Shown here in pieces: positions 62,109 to 64,000 of a stretch of DNA of 64,000 bases. This stretch comes from Haliotis rubra (lineage: Eukaryota). Both the position numbers and the translations under genes were made by a program. Location of the stretch: positions 1 to 64,000 of the forward strand of contig NW_025765018.1 of NCBI RefSeq assembly GCF_003918875.1, in the 5' to 3' direction. The notes beneath the pieces were generated by a model. That model did no database searches and was not told the DNA's origin. It saw only the letters and a list, made by a program, of their open reading frames with translations. The number at the start of each line of letters is the position of its first letter. Positions within the stretch are counted from its first letter, which is position 1.

Positions 62109-63460
62109 GGTGGGTAGACAATAAGCTCACTGGGATAAAAAACCCTCGGACAAAAACCCCCTAGGCTTAATGTCCCCAGGACAAAAAGCCCTTGCAAATT
62201 TCAACCCATAGGATAAAACACCCTCGGTGCATATTTTGAGTTGACAGGTGATAACATGATGTTTTCTAAGCAATTCCTCCCACTGCTGATAGTTGTTACA
62301 GGCTCCTTAGTGATGACGTTGTTATTTTAACAATGGAATGAAGTCTGCTAAATGTTGTTTCAGAGAACTGGCTCAAATTGGTCACTTCCTCTTATGTTTG
62401 ATTTTGTTGGGCAGGTACTCATTGTGGTATGTCAATGAACATGGTGTTTATTAAGATGGTCTATTAAGATGGTCAGCGCTATTATTATTTAAATAAATTG
62501 CTGATTTCCTGCTACCTTCTTTAAAGTTTGGAATCCAGCGGCCGGCTATTGGTGACGGTGTTCCCAGCATTCGCTTTTGACTGGTATAGGACACAATATT
62601 AGACTGGTATGAACTGTAGCACAAGTATCAACTGCACAACTGCATTATGTGCTTGGTGATTTACATTTGTGAAGTATGTGCTAGAAATTTACGACTATGA
62701 ATATGATCGCTCATATTGCCAAGTCATATAAACATAATATAGTGTTAGACGACATACCTTTGTATCATTTAATGTCAATAATACACTTTTGTCATTCTGA
62801 AGTTCATTGTTGTCCATATCAGACGACAGGCAGCCATTGTGCACAACTTGGTGACGTCATATGTTTACGTGGTATTTCCTTCAGATCAAATTACGGGCGC
62901 ACAGCACATGTCACAATCTTACACATTGTCAACAGCCGAGCCGGGAGTGTCAATGTAGGTTTACAGTAATATCGAAGTTGTTAAATTGTATTACAGTAAT
63001 CGATTTTGTAGAATTAGCACAATAGTCACATTTCTTCAGCATTAATAGACTCAAAGTTGCATTAGTTTTTAATAGTAGATGACTGTATGTACGCAAATTG
63101 ATGAAAGTCTGAACATATTTTGCTCACAGCTGTGCCGATCAACTGATGAACGTAAACAATCGATAGGTGGCGCGATTTGGCGTGTGGCTCGTGAGAAATT
63201 ATGTCATTAGAAAATACCACGGAAACGTAGGTACCACGGAATCATATGATTACATGGTTACATATGCTATTTAATGTTGAATGTTATATTATATTGTATT
63301 CATGTGGGAATGAAAAAAAAGATTTGTTGGTATTCTATTACATCTCTTCATTGAGGACCTTTTGTCCTACCCATTGAGGGCTTTTTGTCATGGGGGCATT
63401 TAGCCCAGGGGTGTTTTGTCTGAGGGTGTTATGTCATTGTGGGCCTATTGTCCTACCACC
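62109..63460. mobile_element. Same MULE-like element in duplicate copy 2
   Basis: Same insertion site and near-identical sequence, so it inserted before the duplication. Confidence 0.8.
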
Positions 63461-64000
63461 GGCCGAACAGAGACTAAACACTTTTGATTGAGTCTATATT
63501 GTGAACGGAGAGACAAAAGGGCTAACTTTAACGAACCAGTTATCTTTACATGTGGCATTTTGTAACATCACACATTGATATTTAGGTAGATATAATACTA
63601 ATCTATGGATTTAAGCATAAATCAGGATAAATGTGTCAGGTTTAAGTTGTTTTGACAGCACGGGCCAAGCCGGGCCGAACAGCGACTAAACACTTTTGAT
63701 TGAGGCTATGTTGTGAATGGAGAGAGAAAATGGCTTCACTGTAACGAAGCAGTTTTCTTTACATGTGGCATTTTGTACCATCACACGGTGATATTTAGGT
63801 AGATATAATGCTGATCTATGGAATTAAACACAAATCAGGACATATGTGTGGGGTTTAAGGTGCGCTTGAGAGCCCGGGCCAAGCCAGACCGAAAGCATGA
63901 CTGTGATACTGTGTGGTTGTTGAGAATGTATAGAAAATAGGGCTTCACTTTAAGCAACGTGTTTGCTTCAAATACAACGCTTTGAGACTCTATAAAGACG

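Larger units (their letters stand above)
47298..64000 (+). repeat. Segmental duplication, copy 2 (runs off the window end)
   Basis: Colinear with 1-16241. Near-identical over most of its length (e.g. 49500-50650 vs 4300-5470; 62109-63460 vs 14348-15700), with copy-specific indels. Confidence 0.97.

Overview
Repeat-rich eukaryotic genomic DNA with spliceosomal introns, tRNA-SINEs and TTAGGG repeats. The repeat landscape and nSTAND3-ankyrin genes suggest a mollusc, probably an abalone-like gastropod (inference, not verified). Positions 1-16241 are duplicated in direct orientation at 47298-64000. Each copy holds a minus-strand NLR-like gene: a low-complexity N-terminal exon with a 10-aa coding minisatellite, a 24-nt micro-exon, then one giant exon encoding an nSTAND3-type P-loop NTPase, a helical region and a long ankyrin array. 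The two copies differ by exactly six 68-aa double-ankyrin modules (5 vs 11 pairs) with variable inter-helix residues, and each carries private frameshifts that may be real or assembly errors. The ~31 kb between the genes is mostly transposable elements: a TIR-bounded telomere-like array, an RLE-type LINE remnant, a pogo-like transposon carrying an extra HIRAN-like gene, a DIRS1-like element, and an ~11-kb foldback element. The foldback element and a 78-bp mini copy split a SINE and bracket a 26-bp inversion with exchanged 4-bp target-site duplications. A non-tRNA short retroposon family starts with a conserved, pseudoknot-like structured RNA head.
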